Positions 44,200-58,815 of a stretch of 64,000 bases of DNA are shown one piece after another. The notes beneath the pieces are model-generated. The model was given only the letters and a program-made list of their open reading frames with translations, did not search any database and had not been told where the DNA came from. This stretch comes from the human T2T-CHM13v2.0 reference genome, Homo sapiens. The translations under genes were made by a program, and so were the position numbers. Position 1 is the stretch's first letter. Each line of letters starts with the position of its first letter. The DNA lies in assembly GCF_009914755.1 (NCBI RefSeq), contig NC_060947.1. The stretch is one strand, 5' to 3'.

Positions 44200-44330
44200 C
44201 AGGGAAGAGAGCACGCCTGCCCCGAGGACGGACGGTCGGAGAAGGCAGTAGGTAAGCAGCAAAGAGACACCAATCCGATTGGCTGAAGGGGGCGACAAAC
44301 TAATCCACCAATGCTGACGTCAGTATGGGA
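44200..44330 (-). promoter_or_regulatory. Putative DCAF8L1 promoter/5' region: CCAAT boxes and CRE
   Basis: CCAAT 44270-44274, ATTGG 44278-44282, CCAAT 44308-44312 and TGACGTCA 44315-44322, with local CpG enrichment, 130-180 bp upstream of the ATG. Confidence 0.6.
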
Positions 44331-44584
44331 GCCAGTGAGGTTCAGAAGACTTCTTATCTGCTCGCCTCCTCTCAGTGTCGACTGCTCTAATTTTTCCAGG
44401 CCCAGAGCCACACCCCCACGGGCATCTTACACTGTGAGTAGCTGTGGTTTTTTTCAAGATCGAAAGTTGCCACACTTTGGAAAATGCTTTTATTTGAAAG
44501 GTCACGAAGTGAATGCAAAGAACTCTGATAGTCTTGCCACCAGACGGCAACATTTTGGCATGACAGTGAGGTCTCTACTATAGG

Positions 44585-45030
44585 TGTATCTTAAGTTAGA
44601 CATAGGCTCTGAGATGAGGATGTATCTTTGATTAATTTAAGAAAATGATCTAAGGGAAGACAGCGGACGCCAAGGAAGAGTGAAATCTCAGGTGAACACC
44701 CCTCAGAGGATAGCTTCAGCACGATCCTCCTGGGGAACTCTGGAGAGTAAGTTACGTCTGAGTTATCCTTACACCAGGCAAGGGAGTGAACTTTCATACT
44801 CCTACACTGTTCAGTCCTTGATTAAAGGCCACCCTGGGAGGGATGAGCATATCAACTCCCAGATGTCCCAGATGCTTTAAAATCTCTTCACCTGTGGGCA
44901 AAAGCTCCTTCAGCAGCTTGAAGACTAAAGAGCTGTGCATTAGTACTGATGCTTGGAAGGGAAAGGGAAGTAGATAGTACAAAAAGGGATTTGAAAGGAT
45001 CTTGCAGGAGCATGAACATTAACAGCCACA
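44585..45030 (-). mobile_element. LTR33/LTR16-like ERVL LTR upstream of the DCAF8L1 promoter
   Basis: ggctctgagatgagga; ggggaactctggagagtaagtta; ggcaagggag...tttcatactcc; ends aacagccaca. Confidence 0.5.
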
Positions 45031-45359
45031 AGGTAGCTAATACAGCGACTATTAGAAAGGGCTTTGTTACTACTGTGTATGCTGATGAAAGTACAACTTA
45101 AATAAAACTTTAAGAAGTGTATAGAAGCCTAATTTGGAAGGTGAAACTAAAACTAAAGTCATGGTGAGCAAATGCTATTCACTTCCTATATCTTGTTAAA
45201 TGATGGTTCAAATCCCACAGTCGCCATACCCCTCTTCATGCCAGTTGAATGAATAATCTGGGGCACAATGGTGAAGTGCAGAGACTGACAGTCTTAAATA
45301 ATAAGACTCGAAAGTCTAAAAGAGTCCTTGACCCAAGGTCTACCGATGAATGATGTGTT

Positions 45360-46110
<751 letters not shown>

Positions 46111-46175
46111 AGATATGCTTTGTATGAGAGAACTGAGGTGATCCAAATATTCAGTGATCATTAAGTGGGACGATT

Positions 46176-46595
46176 TGTCAAGTACTACTGGTTCTTGTGC
46201 TATTTGACAAATATTTCTAGTTTTTCTCCCATCGATGTATATGGTAGGCCTGTACTTTCAGGTCTTTATATGGTTGGATGGGACCGTGTGACCAGATTTA
46301 CCTGCTCCCTTGTGAGAGGAAGTGATGTTTATTATTACTGAGCCAGCTCGTTTAATTGCTAATGTGTGGCCATCCATACATCTCTTTCCCCAGTTTGCTC
46401 ATGACCTGCAATGTTCCAGATGTCAGCTAATCTCCACGAATATCTACCATGAGCAGAGAACACTTCTCCTATTCCTCCCCAGTAACCCATAATGGATATG
46501 TAGCATAAGCAAAATATCAACTTCATCATCATCATCTTTGGAAAATTCGGGAATTTTTGTTATTGCAGAATAGCATAGTCTATCTGACTGAGACA
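46176..46595 (+). mobile_element. MLT1I-like LTR
   Basis: aaatatttctag...ggaccgtgtgacc...tttaattgct...tgtagcataagc...tctgactgagaca. Confidence 0.6.
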
Positions 46596-47120
46596 AAACT
46601 ATATTGTCGATTATTTATTTAAATTTTAGAACTTAGGTCAGAATATTAAGTTATGTTTTATATTTACAGGATGACAAAACATCCAAGTTATTAAAGATTG
46701 TAAGTTTCTGACTATCCATTTACAAGACAGTCATGTTTATTGCTCCTAAACAACAAAGTACTCAGCACAGGATAGGTAAGTAGTAAGTATTTTTCTGGTG
46801 AATTCGTGTATTAAAGTTGTATATTTATGAATGAATATATAGAAGAATGAAACAAAACCAAAAAAATTTCTATTGAACATTCCATGGAGGATGGATAATA
46901 GTGAATAGCCTAAGGGAGATATCCATTTTGAGTTTAATGTTAACGTAAACATCTAATATTGAACAATTTTACATCAGGGTGATGCAAACAACATTGCCTA
47001 AGACTCAGGCTGAAGAACATTCTCTGAAATTTTCATAAGAAACAGTAAATTTATGTTATCTTTGTAAAGTATCCGCTAAGGGGAGGCAGATTCAAAACCA
47101 TGTTTAAAATGTTAAATTAA

Positions 47121-47459
<339 letters not shown>

Positions 47460-48632
47460 TCATACTAGGCTTTCTTTTCTGTCATATATTGGGGTTAAAT
47501 TTGAGACTCAACATAAAATTGCTTATAGGAAAGTATATTTACCCATAATGTATGAGAAATCTAAGTAAGATTAATTGCTAAATATCATACATCATTTCAA
47601 CTGCATTACTTCCTCTCATAATAACTAGATTACTTTTCACTTTTGTGAGTTAGTGTACAATACTGGTAGAATTGAGAAAAGTAGGTCATTGACCACGTCC
47701 AGATGGGCAAAGATATTTAGCTTGTGGAGAAGTAGGCCAATCGCACCACAATGAAGACATCTGCCTGCTTAATTACTGCTGCATTAAACGATAACCTTCA
47801 CATTTTCTTCTAGCTCTACTGTCACTGAAAAGTTTCAGTGTGACACAGTCTGTCAACCCAGAGGGTTAAAATTTTAACATGTATTTCTTGATAATTGTAA
47901 TATTTGTACATTTTACATGTTTTGTGAGAATCTCATGTTAAAATTAAATCATCATAATATTATTGTCTCTTCACTAACCACTGCATTTCAATGTAAGATG
48001 TAAAGTATAATTGATTCCATTTAATTCAGCCAGCTGTTTTATTTTAAGAACAATTTGCTTTTCTCAGCTTATCTTTCCCATTTTTCCTTCCCATGTTTCT
48101 GAGAGGAAGAGTTATTTGGTCAGCAGGAAACATTCTTGAACATCAAATATTTAAAACTATGCAGCCACAAATTTTAAATAGTATCCATGTTAGGCCTCTG
48201 CTAAGAACAGAGATTTTGAATCAGGAGGTAATTTTTTTTGTGGTTTGCTAAAAGGTTCATTAACAACAATAAAATTGTGAGCAGTTCAGTAAGCTTTGAC
48301 ATTTGTGAGGTGTGCACTAAAAGTATTACCACATATGTTTGCCTTTTCTTTTTATAATCAAATTTTTTATGAAAAATTGTCTGAAGATATTATTTTCAAA
48401 ATAGTAAGAAAGAAAAATGGCAAAGAACAATAAAAGGTCTTGTATGTCATTCTACTCTTTAATTAAAAAACTCAACAAACTAATAAATAAGACATGGTGG
48501 AACCTGCAGCATATTCCATAGCAAAACAATATTAATAGTACAGAGTTAAATTTTAAGTATTAATAAAATTTTCCCACTGACATTTATGGTATTGCCTTGA
48601 CATTTTGTTTACTTCTTTTTAAAAAGCACATC

Positions 48633-48914
48633 TCTCAGGGAGCAGTGGCTCATGCCTGTAATTCAAGCATTTGGGGAGGCTGAGGCAGGTAGATAGCTTG
48701 AGCCCAGGAGTTCGAGACCAACCTGGGCAAGAGATCCCATTTCTACAAAAATACAAAAATTAGTTGGGTGCGGGGACTTGTGCCCAGCTCCTCAGTAAGT
48801 TGAGGCGGGAGGATCACTTGAGCTCAGGAGGTCAAGGCTGCAGTGGGCTGAGATTGCACCATTGCACTCCAACCTGGGCAAAAGAGTGAGATCCTGGCAA
48901 AAAAAAAAAAAAAA
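48633..48914 (+). mobile_element. AluJ
   Basis: gcttgagcccaggagttcgag and ggaggatcacttgag diagnostics. Confidence 0.9.
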
Positions 48915-49105
48915 TTAAAAACCATCACCTAATTCAGTACTTTCTATATAGTAGACGTGCAGTAAACATTTGTTGAATTGATTTGTTAATTTTTATTTAA
49001 AATTTTAGTAAACACATACCTGTATAAACTTTCCCTTTCGTCAACATTTGCCCTAACTCATTAAGTTACATCTTGGAATGTTCTATTAATAAAATATATT
49101 TCTGT

Positions 49106-49484
<379 letters not shown>

Positions 49485-50667
49485 TTAAATGCAAGTGCTT
49501 TCTAATTGTACAAGGAGAATCCTCAAAAAATATGTAATCTGTCTTCCCTTACCACTTAGCTCCACATACACATGATGTATCCAGTGTTCATAGTATTTTG
49601 TATGTCTAATTTAGCTTCTGACAGAAATTTCTGTTAATGCACAGATACAATTTTATGAAGTACATGTCAGTAGTTATTTGCCATGTGGGGTTTTGAGCTT
49701 TTAATTTTAGCTCTATTTGGGTAGCAGTAGCTTGAAATTTGAACCTGAGCCTTGAGTGTCCTTTCAATACAAAATAAGTGAGGAGCAAAAATCCCATTGA
49801 TCTTCCCCATCTCACAGTGGAATCAGTATACTGCAGTGGCATGTTTTGATTGATCGACACAGATTTACTCCATCTTTTATGTGGGAGACACTACTAGGTG
49901 GTGAGGAAGGATAATAGAAAAGGGATGTTTGTTGCTCTTGAGAAACTTCTGATATCTAGTTGAGGAGCTGGGAAATATACGGAAATATATGGGACTTATA
50001 TGGAATATTGTTCCCATATAAGTCAAAGAATTTTTATGACAACCATTGTGATCTTATCAACTTTAGAGTCTCAAGATGCTTTTATCCTCATTTTGTTACA
50101 CAATGTATTTAATTACCTTACTATTTTTACCTACATCATGGTAGATCCTTCTTATTAGATTGCAAACTTCTTGAAGAAGCATATTGTGAGACAGTTGTTT
50201 TCATGATTTATGTGGTTGGTACTATTAGAAAGCTTTTCAAAATATAGTGAGTAATCAAGAGATATGGTGAGACATCCATGAAATTCTCTGTTGCATCATG
50301 AAACTGTCCTTCTAGTTCACCTCTTCTATCCTTTGTCTTTTTCTTGATTCCTGAAGGGGTGTGGTATCCTTAGGAAAAAATCACAAAGAGGCAGAGAAAG
50401 AAAAATAAAATAATGCGTTTCAGTTATGTTATGAATAGCTGACAATATTAGAAAAAGAAAGGTGGCTTTGTCCTCTCTGAAAAATTTAAAGGATCTAAAA
50501 TCCCTCCAGTAACAAAGAGTAAGAATCTGTTTTCTTTCTAGAAATAGCCAGTGGTGTAACCTAGTACCTAGGGAGCCTTGTTACCCATCTGAAGGACCTA
50601 GATCCTGATGGTTAAGTAAAGACAAGGCTGAGAGGACCATAGAGAGCAAAAGGAGAGTGATGCCTAG

Positions 50668-51123
50668 TGCCAGTCTGTCCCACAAACCCTAGCCAACCAA
50701 CGGATGAAATGAGTACTCAGACACAGTATGCAGTGTAAAAGCAGCTAGGGGACTGCCTGGCTCTAGTGGCCAAAGTTCAGCCCTGAGAAGCTGGAGCTGC
50801 TTGCTTTTATTCAGTGCAGGCACAATGCTGAAAGCCTGGAGCATACACAACCTGCAGGTAATTAACATTTATTGTTCCCCTTTCAGGGAATGTCACACAG
50901 GTGGATGTTCAAAGGTCAGTTCCTAGACAACTTCAAACAAACAAGCCTGATCAAGATAACTTCCCCTTTACTTCCTTGCACATACTCCTCGCCCTCTGCC
51001 TCAGGGTTAGAAAACAGCTGCCTTCAGCTATTCTCCCCTAAAGCTTTGGAGAGCCTTCTGACCTTTCAGAAGGCCTACTCCATTCCCTATAGTTTCCCCC
51101 ACCACTCTGATTGATCTCCTACA
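50668..51123 (-). mobile_element. LTR22 (HERV-K22/HML-5) solo LTR
   Basis: Reverse complement starts tgtaggagatcaatcagagtggtggggg; perfect 6-bp TSD GCCTAG (50662-50667 and 51124-51129). Confidence 0.8.
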
Positions 51124-54100
51124 GCCTAGAAGAGATATGAAATGAAATATAACAAAGAAAAACTGAAGTATAAACTTTCTTTTAGATTCCATTTTCATGA
51201 CCCTCTGATGTTCTGCAATAGATCCTCAAATTTATTTTCTTCTGTCACACCTTTATGGACTTTGTAAGCACAAGCAAAGGATAACAAGGAGCACCATAGA
51301 ATGTTAGACCTGGAAAAGACTTAGAATTGAAACTTAGGAGGAACCCTCTAATTAATATGTGAGATTAGTAACTGATACCAAGAAAAGTTAAATTCCCTAC
51401 AGATTAGAAAGAATTTATGCTTATGAAAGACTAGCAAAAAGGGGCCAATAACCATACTTACCTAATGTTGATAATTTTTTCCATGGGGGTACCCTATTAT
51501 TATAGCTTTATTTTCTTTTCCAAAACATGCATGGAAATAACAGGTGCTTCTTCATGTATTCATTTTCTCATGAAATTAAGTATAATGTTTAGTGAGCGGG
51601 GGGCCAGGACAAACAAAAGGTGAGACATCACTTCCTCCTTTTTCTACAAATGTTATTTCTTTGTGTCATTTGTTCATTAGTGATTAATGGTTAAAAATAG
51701 TTCTGTTTGATTCATTTTATAATTGACATTCTCTATAACTTTTTTGTTTTTATTGATGAAGATTTAATTTATGTTTTGGGAGATATTTTTAATCAAGGAT
51801 CTACCACTTTGTACTCAATAAATTAATTTTATCACAGTAATTGGGCTGAAACTGCATGTATGTATATATTTGTTGAAGTGCTTCCTTGTTAGTATGTAAT
51901 TACATATTATCTATATCCTTAAATAAGTTTTTTCACAGTAAAAACCATCTCCTTTTCCTTTTGAATAATTAAGTACTGTATCTCTGCAAAACAATGTGAT
52001 ATAAAGTGGTGAATATATTAAATGCACATTGTCATCCCTAGGAAGTACATGTATTAATATTTACTAAATATCCTCTATTCTCTATACTCATGACTAGCCT
52101 GAAAGGGTGTCTCCCTTACCTTTTGGTTTTTACAGTGATGACTTGCTTTGATGTCCATGCTAATAGGGAACAAGATCATGTCCCCTGCATTTATTTTAGT
52201 TACTACAATGAATCTTTTCCTCTATTCATTGTTAACTTTTCCTCTTAAATTTGCCATTACTCAAACCAAAATGAACAGAAAAAATATTCCCACCAACTTC
52301 TAAACATAATCAGACTAAGTTCTTGCTATTAAATTATTTTACACATTCCCTCATGCAAAGTCTAGATATAATCCAACTGTGGTAATTGCTATAAATGTTA
52401 TTAAAGTGTAAACAGCTAGAATTAAATATAAGGTTAAGACAAAGCAGTATTATTTAACCCTCTATTTAATGAAAAATATTCTGTGTTCATCCCATGTTTG
52501 TTAAGTATGCTTATGATATTTCATTTCTAGCTGGTGGCAAGAGAAGAAAAGTAGTAAGTGAAGGGAGAGTATACCATGACAATCTACTGGGTTAAAATTT
52601 ATTTTAGAAAAAATAATAAAATCCTTTGCAGGCAAATAATTGTCCTCAGATTCATTAATAGGAGCACAGTGTTTTATGGCATTGTCATAAATAGAAATTA
52701 TTCCTATATTCATCACATTTTTAATGAGTGAAAAATTATACATATGTATGTATTAGGATATAAAAACTTCAGAAAAATAATCTCTAAAGTTTATTCAGAA
52801 TTGCTATTTATCAGTAGAAGTTTTGATTTTCCATAAATTTACTTCTTCAGAAAAGAAATTGCCAAAAGATATATGTATGTTGTATATCTATTGTGTGTGT
52901 ATATATATATACACATATATATATAGTATATCTCTGTAGATACACAAAAGGTATATCTATATTCTATAACAGTTTCTTTGTTTCAAAAAGTCCTTTTTCA
53001 CTGCCCAAATCCATATGTGTAATTGTTAGTTATATTACTATTTTTGTATATCTTTATCTATTTTCTTACTATGTTTACCTGTATTTATCCTTGCACCTAG
53101 GATATTTAGCATAATTTTAAGTTATTTTATTGGGGAAAAAACATGATAAAAAGGTCCTAAACACACACAGTTGCGTATACAAACTTACAGCCCTCTTTCC
53201 TTACAGGAGCCATCATAAATTTCTTGTGAACCTTCTGGAAATATCCCTAGCATATATCCATATTTAAAAAAAAAAATTTACTTAAATGAGTAATATACAC
53301 ACTTTTTACATTTGTATTTGCAGTTTGTTTATGTTTTGTTAGAATATCGTTTATGTGCTTCAATATCAGTGTGTAAGGACAGGATCTATATTTGTTTTAA
53401 TAGCTAATATTGCAATTGTAGCTATCATAATTTTTTTAAAATAAAATATGACTAAAACAACCCTTAGGTGCATTTCAGGATTTAGCTATTAATTAGTAAT
53501 GCTGAAATGGCAAAGATTTTACATATTTTAGTGTGTTTTTATCATGTTTATAAATGTATGTGTAGGATAAGTAAAATACTGCCAAATTGCACTTCAAATG
53601 ATTCTTTTCTTTCATTTTTTTCTCACCAAATACCTCAATGAATTACAAACTTTCAGATCTCTGTTACTATAATAAAAATCTGTACCGCAACTTTTTATTC
53701 TTTTATTCTTCTATTTAGAATTTGAACCTTCTAACATGTCTGCTCATACGTTGCACATTATTTTCTTTATAAAGTGTACATTATTACATCTGCCCATTTT
53801 TTATTGTTTTGTAGATTTTTATTATTAGTATAAAATAACTTATCATATGTCAATGAAATAACCCCTTCTCCATGTAGCTGGCTAATATTTTTGCATGTTT
53901 TATTTGTATTTTGATAACTGTGTATGTTCTACTTTGCCATAAAGAAAATGTAATTCCTCCACTATTTACTAGCTGACTTCTCTGTGCCAGATCCCTATCT
54001 GTAAAACCTCTGTCTGAGGTAGGGCTAGTATTTTGTCTTTGGAAGGATTTAAGCAGCTAATCCATTTAAATTTTTAGAATAACAACTAGCACATATTAAG

Positions 54101-54739
54101 CAATCTGCAACTATCGGCAGCAGCAGAAGCATCATTGACACAGCTATTTTGGTTGTTTAAACAGATTTGTCAATTATTTTAGAGCTTCTAGTTTTTTGGC
54201 TTCTTTCTTGCTCAGTGTAAAATTATTAAATAGATTTTTTTAATGACTTCTGTTTTCACTCCAGTTGTCCTCAAACATTGTTTTTGATTAATTACTTGAT
54301 CTGAAATGCCACATTTAATACATGCTAAATTTTCATATTTTGGAAATCTCATTCTGAACTCACTGTTTTGTTTATTCTGCCTGTGCTTTATTTTACAAAT
54401 GAAAATATAGTTTAATAACTGTAATTTGTTCAGTTTTCTTATTTCACATGAAATTTAAACGTATGACAAATAATTACATTGTTTATTTTATAGGGGTCAT
54501 ATTAAATTTCTACATTAACTTGTGGAGAAAAGATATATTTATATATTTAGTCTTCAAGGCTAACAGCAATCTTAGGCTTCTAATAGTCTTACTTCAATTG
54601 AACTTTCAAATCTTTTCATACAAATCTTATACATTTCTAAAATTTAATTTATTTTCTCTCCTTATTATAAGTGAGATTGTTTTATTTCATTACATTTTTT
54701 AACTGGGTGCTGTTCAAATCAAAGATCTTATACCTATTC

Positions 54740-54961
54740 AAGGATCGGCAACCTAAGGCTATCAGGTCATATCCAGTCCACTTTATATGCTTGCGACTAA
54801 AGCTTTATTGGAAAACCTCTATGCCCATTTGATTGTGTATTATCTATGGCTACTTTCAATGCTATAAAAACAAAATTAATGTTGAAATAAGGACTGTATG
54901 GCCCAGTAAGCCAAAAATTTTTACCATCTGGTCCTTTACAGAAAAAGCCTGCTGACCCCTG
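54740..54961. mobile_element. MER58A hAT-Charlie element
   Basis: ttaccatctggtcctttacagaaaaagcctgctgacccctg terminus. Confidence 0.8.
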
Positions 54962-55848
54962 CCTTCATTAATTTTATAACCATTGTATAATTCTAGTTAT
55001 TCTAATAATTTTAAGCTGATTTTCTTGGGTCTCCAGGCATGTGAATCTATTACCAAATAATAAAACTTTTGCTATTTCATGTTAGTTTATGTATCTCTTA
55101 TTCTATTCTCTTGCTTAATTCCATTGGTTAGTACTACAATAACAATGCAAAATAATGGTCATGACAGTAAAAATACTTTTATAATCCTAAATTAGATAAA
55201 ATTTCATCTAGCATTTCACAATTAATCATACACTTGGCTTTTAATATTTATATTAAAGTATTCCCATGTTGCTAGTGTATAAAAGTATCCTACCCTTCCG
55301 CAAATTAGAACTGGGTTTTGAATTTGATGAAATCCATTTGGACACCTACAGAGAGAATCATATATATTTTTTCTCTTGATGAAATATATTAATACATATC
55401 TTAATGATTTTACTTTGTTCTATTAGTACTAGCCAATGGAATTAGACAAGAGTAAGGAATAATAAGTATATAAATTATGCTGGTTTGATGAAAAGAATTT
55501 GGAACTGTCCCTATTCTTTATACACTCTACGGTTTAAATATCATTGCATTTATACTCCCTGAAGGTTTCCTAGCAATTTTATGTTAAACTACCAAGATTT
55601 GGTACCTTTTTGAGACACATTCTTTAAAAGTATTCTCAATTTCCTTGATGGAATTGTAATGTTTAGATTGTTTACTTCTGGAATAAACTTACTATAATTA
55701 ATATATTCTAAAATACACAATTAAGTAACTTTGTGGTCCTTGCAATTATTTGAGGAAGATCTTATCTTTTTTTCTTAACTGTTATTCTTTCATTTTTATT
55801 TCAAGATGTATTTGTACTTTCTTTTTAAAAATTAAATTAGCTAGTTGA

Positions 55849-56346
<498 letters not shown>

Positions 56347-56371
56347 AAATTCATTTATCTTCATTTTTGCT

Positions 56372-56736
56372 TGTAGTATCACTTCCTGCTGAAAGAGTAC
56401 ATAACCGTAAGTGTAGTTTAAACAATAAGGGCATTTATTATCTCACATAGCAAATCTGGAGGCAGGGTGATTCCACAGCTGATTCAGCAGTTCCTTCATG
56501 TTTTCAAGGATCATCTTCTATTCTCTATCTTTCTAGTCTGTCATTCTTGCCATATCAGAGTTATCACCACTCATGTTTTCTAGGTAGCTACAGCAGTTCT
56601 CAGCTCCACATGCAAATTTAACTCTATCCAACAAAGCATTTGCTATTTTAAGCCCAAATTGTGGAAAGAAATTTCTGCCAGCAAGTGATTAGGAAATAGG
56701 GAGATGTTGGTTAGGAAACTAACAATGTCTGCCACA
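56372..56736 (-). mobile_element. Old MLT1 LTR
   Basis: ttaaacaataagggcatttattatctcaca...aacaatgtctgccaca. Confidence 0.65.
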
Positions 56737-57427
56737 GTTTTTAAGATTTAAAATGTTAAGTTATTAGAACATTGAACACTGCTTTAGCCATATTCTATTG
56801 GTACTGATATATAATGCTTGCTTATGAGTATTTGTTGGCTATATATGACTTCTAATTTTTGTTTTCTTACAGAATTAAAAGTGTTTAAAACTTATGTATA
56901 TCGTGCGTAAGACATAGTGGTTTTTCTTATTATTAATAAATTGCTTTATTACATTAAAAGAGAATGCGGTATATTTTAATATTTAGAAAATTAATAATTT
57001 TCTTATTCTTATTAATGTATGTGACCAAACATACAGTCAATTTTGTAAAATTTTGTCATGTAGGCATTTCAGATGAAGATATGGTCACTGATATTAGGGT
57101 GCAGATTTTGGTATACATGTTAGAGGGCCATTCAAATTTGTATTTACTTGATTGGACAGGAATTAATAGAAGTAAGTTAAATACACTCAATGACGTTTCA
57201 TTCTTTTGTTTATTTCCATTCTTAATATATTGATCCAAATTTGATCCTCTTTCAATGAATTTTCTTTCTTTTTGCACTCCGCAACTTAATATTTCTCTTT
57301 TATTCTCATTTTTCTTCTTTGAAGTCTTATATAGCATCTCAACCTTTGTTTCAGAGAAGCCCCTTTTTTTCTAATATCCTTGATTTAATGTAGATTTCTT
57401 TAAAATGCGTAGTTATTCAGTGTGTAA

Positions 57428-57761
<334 letters not shown>

Positions 57762-57842
57762 TTGTCTTTTATTTTTAATGTTTTGAACTTTTTATTTATT
57801 TGCAGTACTTTTGCAGTACTTTTAAACAATAAGGGCATTTAT

Positions 57843-58210
57843 GAACTATATTAGTTATAACTATATTATAATTATATAAAATTAATGTTGAAATAAGGAC
57901 TGTATGGCCCAGTAAGCCAAAAATATTTACCATCTGGTCCTTTACAGAAAAAGCCTGCTGACCCCTGTCTTCAGTAATTTTATAACCATTGTATAATTCT
58001 AGTTATTCTAATAATTATATTATATATATTATATTATATATTAACTTTAATAATATAGTTATTAATAACTATATTATATATTATCTAATATAATTATATA
58101 ATTATAACTATATTATAAAATATATAAATATATAATTATAACTATATTATAAAATATATAATTATATAATTATAACTATATTATAATTATAACTATACTA
58201 GTTATAATTC
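57843..58210. repeat. TA-rich low-complexity tract containing a duplicated 139-bp segment
   Basis: (TATAAT/AACTATATT)-type repeats flank a copy of 54872-55010. Confidence 0.9.
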
Positions 58211-58234
58211 ATCTTTGAATAAGTAAATGCCTTT

Positions 58235-58815
58235 GGGTCAACAGTCCAAGCAGATTTCAGTTATATGGAACAGAAATGCCTCCAATTAATTTAAGAAGAA
58301 CAAATTTAAAGCAAATTAGAAGAGCTAAAGGAATGGTCTGACAGGCATTATTCCATGATAAGCAACACAGAACTGATCTTCCAGTGGAGTTACTAGCTCT
58401 TCTTTTACGTTGACTTCAAGTACATATCATTGTAGCTTTAATCCATTGGTCATTAAGTGGCTTCAGTTCCTGACCCTATAGCCATGCTATCCTATGCAGA
58501 TGCACACCAGCACAAAATAGATGTCCCATATTCTGCCTCTTGACACCCTGAATGCTAGGAACTAACACTGAATGTTGCGGGGGAGTGTGAGGGAACATGA
58601 CCTAGCTTGACAGCAGAAAAAATAGAAACAACACTTCCTCATTCCAAAATTCATATGAATGCATCTAATTGGCAGAACGTACATAAGTTTCACGTCCCTA
58701 GCTACAAGGGAGCTAGAAAATAGGGCTTTTAGCTTTCTAAACTCTGAAGCACAGAAGAACAAACTAAAATGATATTGAAATGAGTATTAAGTCCCAATCA
58801 AACATATCTACTACA
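58235..58815 (-). mobile_element. Old MLT1 (K-O type) LTR
   Basis: gcatctaattggcagaac...cctagctacaagggagctagaaaa...tctactaca. Confidence 0.6.
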
